From: the human T2T-CHM13v2.0 reference genome, Homo sapiens
Length of the DNA stretch: 64,000 nucleotides
Strand: one strand, 5' to 3'
NCBI RefSeq assembly: GCF_009914755.1
Contig: NC_060931.1
The position numbers and the translations under genes are program-made. Position 1 is the stretch's first letter. Every line of letters begins with the position of its first letter. Below the pieces are notes generated by a model. The model saw only the letters and a program-made list of their open reading frames with translations, was not told the DNA's origin and did not search any database. Shown piece after piece: positions 27,340-41,959 of the stretch.

Positions 27340-27757
27340 TGCATACAGGCCACCTGGCGTCCACTCCTCCTTTCCTCTGGCAGTAGAATACTCTTCAGGA
27401 ACTGTTAAGGGATAAGCATCTGTCCCAAGCTCCGCTAGTCCAAGTGAGTCCTGGGGGTTGTGCAAGAGTTACTAGAGACTTTTTTTCCTGCTGGATTTGA
27501 ACCTGGGGTCTTGTGAGGCCTAGCTGCAACAGATAAGCCTGGCAGAGAGCAGAGCCTCTTTAGAGCAGGGATGTAGGAAGATGGAGTAAGACACCTGGTC
27601 TCTATGCCTTCATCTGAGCTCCCAGATCAACCCAAACCTAAATCCAATATGCTCTCAGATTCTCCAATTCCTTTGTTAATAAATTGTGCTTTTATTTCTT
27701 ATAATAATTTAAGATGGATTTTCTATCACATACCACAGAAATAGTTCAAGTACACAT
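27340..27757 (+). mobile_element. ancient MaLR LTR (MLT1J/K/L-like)
   Basis: ttcctgctggatttgaacctgg ... aataaatt ... ttttctatcacataccacagaaa 3' terminus. Confidence 0.5.
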
Positions 27758-28207
27758 ATTAGGTACATTTTCCTTAATACTAAATTATTGAGAACAGAAT
27801 ACACTTTTTAACATATTTGAAGAGCCACTTGTGAAGAAATCTAGATTGTTAGAGAAAACTGAGGTCTCTTCTGATTTCCATGAGGTAATTTATTTGATAC
27901 ATATTATGTGTTCATATTGGTGCTAGCTCCTATGGAGGATGAAATGGATAAAACATTGCCTCCTTGGACTCAAAGTGCATATCCTACAACCTAGCACCGT
28001 CACCAATGTTTTACTGATCCATAGCACTTTATTGGTTATAGAGCACCTTTAAAACATTGAACTTCAGGTCCGTAGAATTAGACTGAATTGATCAAAACCC
28101 CTGGCCATGAACTCTCATCATTACTCCATGAATGGCCCCTTTTTATCAAGTGCCCACTCACATCATCTCATTTCACATTCACAACTGGATAAAAATATTG
28201 AGATTCT

Positions 28208-28513
28208 GGCCGGGTGCGGTGGTTCATGCCAGTAATCCCAGCATTTTGGGAGGCCGAGGCAGGCAGATCATGATGTCAGGAGATCGAGACCATCCTGGCT
28301 AACACGGTGAAATCCTGTCTCTACTAAAAATACAAAAAATTAGCTGGGTGTTGTGGTGGGTGCCTGTAGTCCCAGCTACTCAGGAGGCTGAGGCAGGAGA
28401 ATGGTGTGAACCCAGGAGGCGGAGCTTGCAGTGAGCCGAGATCGCACCACTGCACTCCAGCCTGGGCGACAGAGCGAGACTCCATTTCAAAAAAAAAAAA
28501 AAAAAAAAAAAAA
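28208..28513 (+). mobile_element. AluY full-length
   Basis: gagatcgagaccatcctggctaacacggtg, gaatggtgtgaacc and ggagcttgcagtgag are AluY diagnostics; long A tail. Confidence 0.97.
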
Positions 28514-30559
28514 AGAATTGTGATCTGAGAAATCACACAAACCTCACCAGATCCAGAATTTTAACTGTGTAAAAGAAGGGGTGTATGAGTGTATATTAGT
28601 ATAAAAGAAGGGGTTCCTCCAATCACACTAGAAGGAACCACACCCAAATGGCTGGTGTGTTTGAAGAGTAGAACTAGAATAGACACTTCAACACTAAGCA
28701 TACATCCACAGTCCTGGGGGTTGTTTCTGGTCTACTGCTAATTTGGCATTTTTGGATGTGCGCATTTTAAACAGGTTTTGTACAGATTCAGAATCTGCAT
28801 TTGCTACCTTTTTTTTCTGCACGTACTGTTACTTACAGACACACTTACATGTTCAAGCCAGACTTAAATCAAATTTTTCCAGTACTATAAAAGATATCTT
28901 AAAGTATTCATGAAAAATATTTTTTTCAAGAGTCACTTCTTTAAAATGTCATTATTGCCTTTCTTTAGGGGCCTTTTCTTTTTGCAGATCAATAATAAGT
29001 CTATTGTTCCTTTCTTGGTTCCATTAGTTCTGACTGAAAAGTCAAACAGGTAAGAAAAGACACAGGAGTTTTATTTGTTTAATCTGGAAATAAAATCACC
29101 TAAAATAAATACCGTTGAAATTTTTTCAGGTAATTGATTTCTACTTCTTTGCCTGAAACAGCTCTCCTCTTGTTTTTTTGGCATGTTAATTTGGTGGAGT
29201 AGTTTCACTTTATAGGAACAATGCTCTCCAAAAGAATTAATGTTCTCTGGCATTGGCTGATCAATTTGAAAAAAAATTGTCTTATTTATCTTAAAATAGA
29301 AAATCCTCCCCCACACTATACAATACAGGGGTAGAGGATATAAGATGTCTTTTTACAGGAACGAAATGTTTCTACAGTGGTGAATGTTCACAGGGGAAAT
29401 AAGCCATGGTTTGGGTGTCAGATCCTTCAGACACCACCAGTAGAACTGGGTCAGAGGCCCTGTGTCCAAGGAGGGCTCCATTGCCAGGCCCATCACTTAC
29501 AGCTGGTACTAGCAGTACAAGATGCAGTGATGCCATTTCCCTTAGAAGGATAAGAGCTCAATGTTGGAATGTTTTTCTTCTACTCATAGGCACAGCAGGA
29601 AACAAAACCGTGATGAAATTCCATAAACAGGCAAGCTGGGTATGGAAGAAACGTGGTTGATGCTGGCAAAGAGCTGCACTTATGGCCAACAAAGGTGAAA
29701 AACAGAGAGAAATTGTGGCCCATGAAGCCACCAAAGACAGTAAAAAAGAAGAGTGCCATGATGCAAAGTGCTCCATCTATGGAGTCACCCAAGGCAGGTC
29801 TAAATCTTGGCTCTGCCACCCTCCAGCTACAGTGCTCTTAAGCAAGACAAAAGTACCAAAAGCCCAGCATCTGGCATATCAATACTTCAGTGGTAGAGGA
29901 CTCCCTACCTCCCCCGTTACATTCACTTTCTGTGATGCTCTTTGGTGTAATCATAGTCCTATGTCTTCCAAGATTTATCTTAATTTTTATGACATTTAAG
30001 TACATGCACCATGACTAAATAAGTGAGTATGAAATTTGGAATTCCATCAGCAACCTATTTTTTATCAAATTAGTTTAACTAACTCTATTAGGACCCAAAT
30101 AGATCTTAAAGACAAATTTATCTGGCTGTGTCAGAGTCCATTGCTTGCCATTTTCTGTTCAGTACCACTGTCTGTACATAGGCCATGTGTCCTAAAAAAT
30201 AAGCTGGACCCTCAAAAATGTCGCACTAACTCTTTTCCCCCAAAGAGCCACCTCAGCACGTCTACCACACTGGCCTCCTAGCTCTACTTTTTTTCTAGCA
30301 AAGCTTCAGCCCACTGACTTTTAAGATATTGTAAATCAGATCAGTTTTACAATCCTGCTCTTGTGGCTGGGATCAGGAATATGAGCAAAGGAGGCCACGA
30401 GAAGGAATCACATGTGTAAAAGGTGGCTTGAATTATTATTTTTTAAAATATCATGGAGGCTTATTATGAGACAAATCATCAAGATAGCTGACAATAGATA
30501 TAATGTTCAGCCACTTCAGGTCTTTGCCTTTTCTGTCCACACTATATTTATTTGCACAC

Positions 30560-30805
30560 AAATACCACCAATGCCACTACCACTGTCACTAGTCCCAATT
30601 AGCCTTATTGTTCTCCATAGCATTGAGCACAACTAGTCATTCCACGTATTTTACCTTTTTATTTTCTTTATCTTATGCCTCATTCTACCAGCATGGAAAC
30701 TCAAATAAATCATTGATTTGTTTATTTTTCATTTGTGCACCCTCAATACCTAAAACAGTACGTGGCACAGGGCAGGGATTCAAAAAGTGTTTGTTGACTG
30801 AATGG
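30560..30805 (+). mobile_element. L2 LINE 3' fragment
   Basis: cctaaaacagtacgtggcacag ... aagtgtttgttgactgaatg. Confidence 0.6.
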
Positions 30806-32391
30806 TCAGATCTATTATTTTTTGAGACATTCTCTCTAGAAAGACTATCATGGGGAGTAGAAGCTAATATAATAGGAATTTTAGAACAAAGCATTTCAGA
30901 GAACTTTTAAGATAAGTGGTAAAAATGTTTATCTACAAACAAAATATCCAGATATCAATTCAAGCATGGTTTTTGGTATTGTTTTCCACCATTCCTTCAA
31001 TGAATACTTACAGCAAAAACTCCTATACAGCTGTCTTCTATAACCCTGTGGCTATTCAGACCCAATCTACCCATGAGCTACATGCCAGATATAAAAGCAG
31101 CTATGGATGATCTAGTGGCATTTGCATCAAGCCCCATGCCACTACCTCACTGGCTTAGCTTCCAAACCACTGGTATTTTATTCCATGTCCACCTAGTTTC
31201 TGCCTCTTGACTGCCTCCCATTTTCATCACAGCTTGCATCCTCTGAATTTGTTGACTTGATGCTACTTCTAGGCTTGACCTTCACTGTTCATCAAGGTTT
31301 CTAGGTTAGGCACGTTCCATTAAGGATCCTTTCCACACATGTCTTCCTTGGGTAGACAAAGGAACTCGAGGTCCAGTCTCTGATGAACTACACTCGAGTA
31401 CAAGTGCACCTGCCAGGTCCACCTTGGTCCCTACTACTGGGTTCAGGGATTTAAACCACAACACTATTTCATAGGTCACCAACTTGAAGACACATGAAAA
31501 TCTGGTTCAAATTAACCATGAACTGAAGGACACCTCCAGTCAATATGTCACACATAAAAATCCTATAGGCTAGTGATTTCCAGCCTGGGCTGCAAGAACA
31601 TCTGGGGAACCTCAGCGATTATTGCAAAGGAGTTTGTGAATTCATACGCACATCTGCACTGTTAGTGAACTGAAAAAAAAAGACATGACTATATAACAAC
31701 ATATGCTTTGCCATGTTTCAGCATCAAATAGATGCTACCATGTTTTATCAAATACAAGCATATTGAAATGTATTGATTAAGTTACAAAAGTTTGTTTACA
31801 TTACGTGTAAATCAATAGATATTAAAGGTCCAAATGAAGGGTTCAAAAATATTTTGATATCATAAGACAAAAAAAAAGGCTATAGATTCCTCCAAGTTAG
31901 ATAATGATGACTAGACTCTTAACCAAGATACAGAATAATGCAAGATTATGGGGGAAAATATGGCAGATTCTGCCCAAAATGAAGAATCAGTGACTAGATT
32001 TATCCTCCCATAAGAAACAATCTAAAAACATACAAATACATAAAACAATGGCTTTCAAAACACTGGACATCAGGCCACAAGGAACAGGCAATGAAGGTTT
32101 GCATTGGAGATATGCGAAACAAAGACAGGGAGCCCTGTGGTTGCCATAGCTTACTGCCTTGGGAAGGTTTCCAGGGCTCAGTCCAACACAAGTAACCCAG
32201 GTGGAGCCCAGTGAACTCTCTGAGTCAGGAGATGGAGTTGGGGTTCCAGGAAGACCAAGGAAGTTAGAATTCACAGGACAGCATACCAGAGAAAAAAAGA
32301 GCTACATAAAGAGAGCTAAATAGAGAGATCTGCAAAGAATCCCACTTGAGTATCCAGCTAAGTAAGGATGAACGCATGCATATGAGAAAGA

Positions 32392-32502
32392 CATGGCTGC
32401 TTTTGTACTACAACATCTGAGTGAGTAGTTATAATGGAGACCCTGTGGTCCTCAAGCCAAAAATTTACTACCTTGTACTTTTCAGAGAAAAGGTGCCAAC
32501 CT
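32392..32502 (+). mobile_element. MER58-like hAT-Charlie fragment
   Basis: atggctgctttt ... gagaccctgtggtcctcaagccaaaaatttacta ... cagagaaaaggtgccaacc; only one end is present. Confidence 0.7.
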
Positions 32503-33511
32503 GATCAACATCATACTTAAAGGTAAAAGACTGAATGCTTTCCTTATAAGATCAGCAATGAGACAAGGATGTCTCCTCTTACTGCTAATATTCAACATTA
32601 TTATGAAGGTTGCATCCAGTGCATTAAGGCAATGAAAAGAAAGAAAACGTATGCAGACTGGAAAAGAAGAAGTAAAACTGTCTTTATTTACAAACAACAT
32701 GACATTTTATGTAGAAAACCTCATGGAATCTGCCAAAAAGCTATTAGAACTGATCAATCAGTTTAATAAGCCTTTAGGATATGAGATCATTATATAAAAC
32801 TCAACTATATTTCTGGATACTATAAATGAACAATCAGAAGTTGAAATTTAAAAATACCATCTATAGTCATATAAAAAATCTGAAATGCTAATAAATCTAA
32901 CAAGAGATTGTCAAGACCTGTATAATGAAAACTACAAAACATCGCTGAAACTAAACAACATCTAAAATAATGTTGAGATACACCTATGTTTATAGGTCAG
33001 AAGACGTGATATTGTTAAGATATTATCTCCTCAAATCTATCTATGATTCAGTACAATCCAGCTATAACAACTGACAAACTGATTCTAAAATTCATATGGA
33101 AATGCCAAAGGCCTAAAATAGCCAAATCAATTTTTAAAAAGAACAAAGGGGAACTAAAACAATCTGATATGAAGTCTTATTATAAAGCTAAAGTAAAGAA
33201 GGCAGATTGGTATTAGCATCAAGATAGACAAATAGGTCAATGGAGCAGAATAGAGGGTCTTGAAACATACACACATGAATAGAAAACTAATTTTTAACAG
33301 AGGTAAAATAGCAATTCAATGGAGAAAGATAATCTTTTCAACAAATGAGGCTGAAACTACCGGATTTCCATGTGTAAATTTCCATATTGAGTTTCAAACC
33401 ATACTTGCCACCACATAAAAAAATCAACTCAAAATGAATCATAGACCTAAATGGAAATCCTAAAACTATAAAAGTTCCAAAAGAAAATGTAGGAGAAAAT
33501 CTCTGTGACAC

Positions 33512-33921
33512 TACATTAGTGTGCAATGTCTGCCATAGAAAAGTATCACAAACCAGGTCACTATAAAATCAGAAATTTATTGTCTTACAATTATGGAGGC
33601 TAGAAGTCCAAAATCAAGGTGTCAGCAAGGTTAGTTCCTTCTGAGGGCAGTGAAGGAAGGACGTGTTCCAGGCCTCTCTCCTTGGCTTGGAGATGGCTCT
33701 CTTTTCCCTGGGTCTTCACATCAGTCTTCCCTCTGCACTTGTGTCTAAATTCCTCCTTTTTATAAGGACACCAGTCATATTGGATTAGAGCCCATCATAA
33801 TGACTTCATTTTAATTTGGTTACCTCTGTAAAGACTCCATCTTCAAATAAGGTTACATTCTGCAGAACAAGGGGTTAGGATGCCAACATCTTTTTTAGGT
33901 GGACACAATTAACCCATAACA
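33512..33921 (-). mobile_element. MLT1B-like MaLR LTR inside L1
   Basis: cagaaatttattgtc ... ggaggctagaagtccaaaatcaaggtgtcagc ... aacccataaca; TSD gacac/gacat. Confidence 0.85.
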
Positions 33922-34105
33922 GACATCAAAAGCACAATCCATACAAAAAAAGAAACTAATAAGCTGGACTTTATTAAAATTAAGAATGTTATACTCTTCA
34001 AAAGACAGGGTTAAGAAAATAAGAAACAAGCCACAGACCACAAGAAAATATTTTCAAATCACAAATCTGATAAAGGACTTGTATCTGAAATATACAAAGA
34101 CTTAA

Positions 34106-34425
<320 letters not shown>

Positions 34426-35029
34426 AAATTAACAAATTTTAAATGAGCAAAGGATTTAAACAGATATTTGACCAAAGAAGATAAAAAGGTAATAAGTAAG
34501 CACATGGAAATACCCTCAACATCATTAGATGTTGCAGAAATACAATTATTAAGTCACAATGAGAAACTTTTCTCTATTAGAATGGCTAAAATTAAAAAGG
34601 CTGATTGTGCCAAGTGTTGACAAGGATATGGAGCGACTAGAACTCTCATATCCTGCTGATGGGAATGTAAAATGGTACAACTTTGGAAAAAAGTTTGACA
34701 GTTTCTTAAACCATTAAACATGCAGCTACTATATGATGTAGCCATTCCACTTTTAGGTATCTCTTCTAGAGAAGAGAAAGCCTATATCCATACAAAATCT
34801 TGCATATGAATGTTCTTAGCAACTATATTCATAACAGCCCCAAACTGAAAACAACCCAAATGCCAGCCAACAGTGAATAAATTAGAATATTGTGATATAT
34901 AAGCCATATAATGAACTAGTATTCCACAATATAAGGAATGAACCATTGATATATGCAACAACATGGATGACTGTCAAAGTAGTCAAACTAAGTGAAAGAA
35001 GTAAGCTGCAAAAGAGCACACTATATGAA

Positions 35030-35461
35030 TGTTAATTTCACATAACTATAAAGAAATACCTGAGGCTAGGTAATTCCTAAAGAAAAGAGGTTTAGCTGGC
35101 TCATGGTTCTGCAGGCTGTACAGGAAGCATGACACCAACACTGGCTTGGCCTCTAGTGAGGGCCTCTAGTGAGGAAGTTTACAATCATGGCAGAAGGTGA
35201 AGGAAGAAGTCATTGTATCACGTGGTGGCAAGAGTGGGAGCCAGAGTCAGGGGTGGAGATACCAGACTGTTTTAAACAACCCAATCATATGTGAACTCAC
35301 TGAGTGAGAACTCACTCATCACCAAGTGGATGTAGGAACTAGGCCATTCATGAGGGATCCACCCTCATGACCCAACCACCTCCCACCAGGCCCCACCTCC
35401 AACACTAGGGATTACATTTCAACATGAGATTTGGAAGGGACAAACATCCAAACCCATATCA
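35030..35461 (-). mobile_element. MSTA/B-like MaLR LTR inside L1 3'UTR
   Basis: ataaagaaatacctgagg ... ggctcatggttctgcaggctgtacaggaagcatg ... caacatgagatttgg ... catatca. Confidence 0.9.
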
Positions 35462-36238
35462 GAATCTGTGTATGTAAAATTCTAGAAAATGCAAAATAAT
35501 TGACAGTGCTGGAAAGCAGATAATTCGTTGCCTGGGGATAGGCATATGGGGGAGAGGGAGGCATTAAAAAGGGTCATGAGGAAAATTTTGGAAGTGATGG
35601 ATATGATCTTTATCCTGAATATAGTGATTGCTTTGGTGTATGCATATGTCAAAACTTATTATACACTTTAAATATGTGCTATTTATTGTATATGTAATCA
35701 ATAAAGCTGATTTTAAAATATGCATTCCACAGTCAAATGACCTACTATTTCAAGTCCTGGCTCTACCTCTAACTTTGTTATCTTAAGCAAGTTATCTTTG
35801 AGCCTCTCATTTTCCAGCTGTAAAATGATCATTCATAACTTACATTTCACAGGATTATTGTGGATATCAACTGATAACTAATTCAATCCCTGAAAATAAA
35901 AGATAATCAACTGTAGCTATTAATCATAACAACAATAAAGTCCCTTGTTCTTAGTTTCTAATGTCCTGTAAAAGCAAATTTGAAAGCCAAGATGTACAAC
36001 TCATATTTTTAGAACCTGAAAAGCTGAGTCTTCCCCACTTTCTCATTCAGTGTTTCAGATAGTGTTAATATACACGAGCTCTGATAAGGTAAAGAGTGCA
36101 CTGGAAGAAACTCAAAAGTAAGTTTTTTAATTATCTAAAATCAAATTTTCAAATATGAGTCATGATCTCCCCTACTAGAAACACAAACAGTTTAGACAAT
36201 AATGAAGTACCAGCAAAATAACACTCCTTATGCACGTG

Positions 36239-36821
36239 TGTTTGAAATGCTTGTTCCCTGGTGCCATAAAGAAATAGTACTTGAACATAAATTTTCTCAG
36301 CAAGGCCATTTTTACTTTCTGCAGAAAGGTACACTTGCCAGCAGTTTTGCCACAAGAATACACTGAAGAAAGGAGACAGGGTTATTTATAACTTGACACA
36401 TCCACCCTACTGCTGTGTCTGGTTTCCATTGGCTGGAATGGGACCTCACATTCTGTATTTGTCCTGATTGGCTAGCAACTTAGAACTTTTTAAAAGAGGC
36501 AAAGGCAGAGGAGAATAAAGGAAGGACGAAGTAACTTGTGGAATGCTGAGAAAGGTAAAAACATCTCCAAATAAGGAAAGGAACAGGCTATGACCTAATG
36601 CTTGCTTGGACTGGTATAAGCACGCCAGGGCAAATATTTTGGCTAAATTGTGGGAGCTAAGGACACAAAGTACATTGATTTATTTATTGTGGCTAGCAGA
36701 TACCTAAGAATGTTAGCACAGGTCTTTGAATACATTTTGCTTCTAAGAGAAGTTATTATTTATTCTTAATTAGATGGGAGGAAAGTCTCTTTGAAGAGGA
36801 ACCTCTACTTTACTTTTTACA
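36239..36821 (-). mobile_element. ERV1 solo LTR (LTR10C-like)
   Basis: Minus strand starts TGTAAAAAGTAAAGTAGAGGTTCCTCTTCAAAG and ends TTTCAAACA, 583 bp; flanks cgtg/tgtg (4-bp TSD with one CpG-type transition). Confidence 0.88.
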
Positions 36822-37392
36822 TGTGGGCCTTCCTCAACTGCAGTTGGTAAAACTGCATTTCCAGTTTTAAAAAATACACACACCTCTCAAAAGAATTTCA
36901 ACTTAAAGCTCTTTTACATATGTGCTGCTTAGCTTAGACCCTCAAGAAAGAAGACAAAGAAAGCCCTAATGAGTTATCCCTGTCCCATAGACCACGTGGG
37001 TGGCCCTGTGGGGTTATGCAAAGAGACTGGTCGGGATAGCACCTTCACAATATGTAGCTGAAAGACCAGACCCAGAAAAAAGTGCAATGCACTGCAATAA
37101 TTGGTAAACAGGCAAGACACACAAGTATTTTCCTGAGACTCTGGAAAACGAAATAAGGAAAACTCACATGCCAAAGGTATTAAATGTCAAGTCAGTAAGA
37201 AGATAGTCTGAAAACATTTAAAAGCTATAACGTCAAAAAAAAAAATTCTGGTACAATGTGATTCAAAAGATCACCCTATCACAGCAGTAGTTTCTGAAAA
37301 AGTAACATTGTTTTAACGCCCACAAATCTAGTTTGTGTAGAAGCATACACTCTCAAGAACTTTTATTTACTGTGTCTTGAAGAAATATATGT

Positions 37393-37703
37393 CTTTTTTT
37401 TTATTTATTTTAAGTTCTGGGATACATGTGCAGAACATGCAGGTTTGTTACACAGGTATACATGTGCCATGGTGGTTTGCCGCACCTATCAACCTGTCAT
37501 CTAGGTTTTCAGCCCCGCATGCATTAGGGGCTCTCCCTCCCCTTGCCCTCCACCTTCCGACAGGCCCCAGTATGTGTTGTTCCCCTCCCTGTGTCCATGT
37601 GTTCTCATTGTTCAACTCCCACTTATGAGTGAGAACATGCAGTGTTTGGTTTTCTGTTCCTGTGTCAGTTGGCTGAGAATGATGGCTTCCAGTTTCATCC
37701 ATG
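37393..37703 (-). mobile_element. L1PA 3' end (5'-truncated)
   Basis: Reverse L1PA 3'UTR; repeat ATGTCTTTTT at 37389 and 37701 acts as the TSD. Confidence 0.95.
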
Positions 37704-37796
37704 TCTTTTTAACGCTAATTGGATAATGTGTGATTTTTCTAACCAATGGTGCTACAAAAGTCCCTATGATCTCATACACATTAAGTCATTTGTATG

Positions 37797-38192
37797 TGAT
37801 ATGGTTAGGCTTTGTGCCCCCACCCAAATCTCATCTTGATTTATAATCCCATTATCCCCATAATCTTCACGTGTCAAGGGAGAGACCAGGTGGAGGTAAT
37901 TGAATCATGGGGGCAGTTTCCCCCATGCTGTTCTCATGTTCTCAGTTCTCACAAGATCTGATGGTTTCACAAAGGGCTCTTCCCACTTTGTTTGGCACTT
38001 CTCCTTCCTGCTGCCCTGCCTTCCTGCCTTGCCCTCCTTCCTGCCTTACTTCCCTGTCACCTTCCACCATGATTGTAAGTTTCCTGAAGCCTCTCCAGTC
38101 ATGCTGAACTGTCAGTCAATTAAACCTCTTCCCTTTATAAATTACCCAGTCTCAGGAAGTTCTTTACAGCAGTATGAAAATGGACTAATATA
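37797..38192 (+). mobile_element. THE1D-like solo LTR
   Basis: TGATATGGTT ... cccacccaaatctcatcttga ... attaaacctctt ... ggactaatata. Confidence 0.9.
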
Positions 38193-38509
38193 TCATGTAT
38201 TCATGCTAGGAGCAAATTCAAATGAGTTTAAAAAAAAAAAACCACAGGGAGGAAAATATTGCTGAAAACCATACAACTGGGAGGAGACACTAATTCTCCA
38301 CCCCAGGTGGCCTCACTACTGACATTGTTAACGCCAAATGGTTAAGCTGATGCTTTATTTCCCTGTCAGTTAAGGGACTACAAGTAATCAATGTTTAAGA
38401 TAAAACATGCAGCGGAAATAAAAAGGACAATTTATATGATTCCTCATATTTCTGCCTGCCCCCCACCCCACCCACCACCAACGTCTAGCTCATGGAAGAC
38501 AAGAGCTAG

Positions 38510-39800
38510 AAACAATTTTTTGACCTTTGATTTTCAAACACAAAGATGCCATAAAGAAAAAGATGTATATTTTTTGCTGATAAATTTTGCCACTTGGAAA
38601 TTTAAATCTTCTATACATCAAAAAATTCCCAAAAATTTTAAAGAAAAATGACAAACTAGAGGAAAACACCAAAAAAAAGATACATGGTTAATATTTTAGT
38701 ATACAAGGAGCTTTTTCATGGAAATATGGGTAAAAATATGAATAGGTAATTCACACAAGAAAGATTATAATAATCATTGATACATGTTCAATCTCACTGA
38801 GAATCAATGAGATTCACACTAAAGTGATAAGAGGCAGGACTAGACTCCAGAGGCAGGGCTCAGACACTGGACCAAATTGAGGACTAGCTAAAATAGGGAC
38901 AAGGCGGAAACGGCTTTCCATAAGACACCCATCAGTATGCCATGTCAGTTTACTATTGTTATGGCAACACCCAGAAGTTACCACCCTTTCTCTAGGAATT
39001 TCTGCAGACTGCTCCTTAATTTGTATATAGTTAAAGGTGGGAATAAATATGACTACAGAACTGTCCTGAGCTGCTACTTCTCAGCATACTCCCTATGGGG
39101 TAGCCCTGCTCTGCAGGAGAAGTCACGGAGCCATAACACTGCTGGACCTATAACACTGCCAGACCTATAACACTGCCGCTTTAATAAAGCTGTTTTCTTT
39201 ATTAGAGAAGGAAAGAATTCAAAGGCTCACCCTTGAATTTTTTCCTTGGCAAAGCCAAGAACCTTCCCAGCTAAGCCCCAGTGGGAGCTTGCCTACCCTG
39301 AATCAGTATCAGAGTAACCTATCAATTATAAAACATTAATTGTAAATAAGTAGAAACTTCCTAGAGAACAATTTTTCAAAATGCATTAAAAACTTTAAAT
39401 GTTTTTCCATACTCTTTACATTTCTTCTAGAGGAATTTTTTCTTATCTTAAAGAAAACAATGGAAAGAATATAAATAGAAGTATGTGCAAAGATACATAC
39501 ATCAGAACATTGTTTATAAATGAAAAACTCAGAAGCAACCTGACTGCCCAATAACAGTGGAATGGTTAAATCAGTAATGGTGCAGACATGAGGTAGAATA
39601 TTATGTAGCCATTAAGAATAATGCTTTAGATATAGAAGGAAGGAAAGTTAGTAATGATACATCAATAAAGTGAATAAAATCAAGAATGTATATGTAGTCT
39701 AATCCCATTATTATAACATTTTTTGTACAGAACAAAGTTTGGAAAGCTATACATGAAAATTTTGACAATACTTCTCTGGATAACAGAATTTGGGCTGTTT
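38510..39800 (+). mobile_element. old L1 (L1ME-like) fragments split by MER41
   Basis: Degenerate ORF2-end/3'UTR wording on both sides of the LTR (atgaataggtaattcaca; gaatattatgtagccattaag). Confidence 0.55.
38825..39305 (+). mobile_element. ERV1 solo LTR (MER41 family, C/D-like)
   Basis: ggaccaaattgaggactagctaaaa ... atggcaacacccagaagttacc ... tatggggtagccctgctctg ... aataaagctg ... aagccaagaacc ... ccctgaatca. Confidence 0.85.
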
Positions 39801-39834
39801 TAAAATTTTCCTCCTCCTATAAACAAGACACAGT

Positions 39835-40078
39835 CAGGCACAGCATGATGTCTAAAAACAGAGATTCTATAGTCAGGTTGCCTGAGTTCGAAGCCTGCGT
39901 CCAACATTTACTACCTGTATGACCTTTGCCAAGTTAATCTTTCCATGCCTCTTCATCCTTAAGAGAAAAATGAGGATAATAGCAGTACTTATTTCATAGT
40001 TACTGGGAATGCTAAATGGAGATCTTCTAGAATGGTGCCTAACACCTAACTGAGACTCAATAAAGCTAATCATTATTT
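39835..40078 (+). mobile_element. MIR SINE
   Basis: cctgagttcgaagcctg ... tgacctttgccaagttaa ... ctcaataaagctaatcatt. Confidence 0.75.
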
Positions 40079-40109
40079 GTTAACCTGTGTTACTCATATG
40101 GCAAACAAT

Positions 40110-41785
<1,676 letters not shown>

Positions 41786-41959
41786 TGTTTTTCTAATCCC
41801 TTGACAACTCTGAGCTTTATTTCCTAAGAATGCCCTTTGAAGAGCCAGCAGTTTATAGTGGTAGTAGAACAACAGCTTGAAAAGATCTCCTACTGTACCA
41901 TGGAGGATACAGTCATGTTGCTATATTCACACCCCCACCCCATGCCCTGACTGATACAT

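Noticed and set aside
30755-30772. HRE-like TACGTG followed by CACAG
   Set aside because: It is a short motif inside a decayed L2 end and is expected by chance.
38985-39005. STAT1 GAS motif expected in MER41 elements
   Set aside because: The sequence reads tttctctaggaa, not TTCNNNGAA, so an interferon-enhancer role is not supported for this copy.
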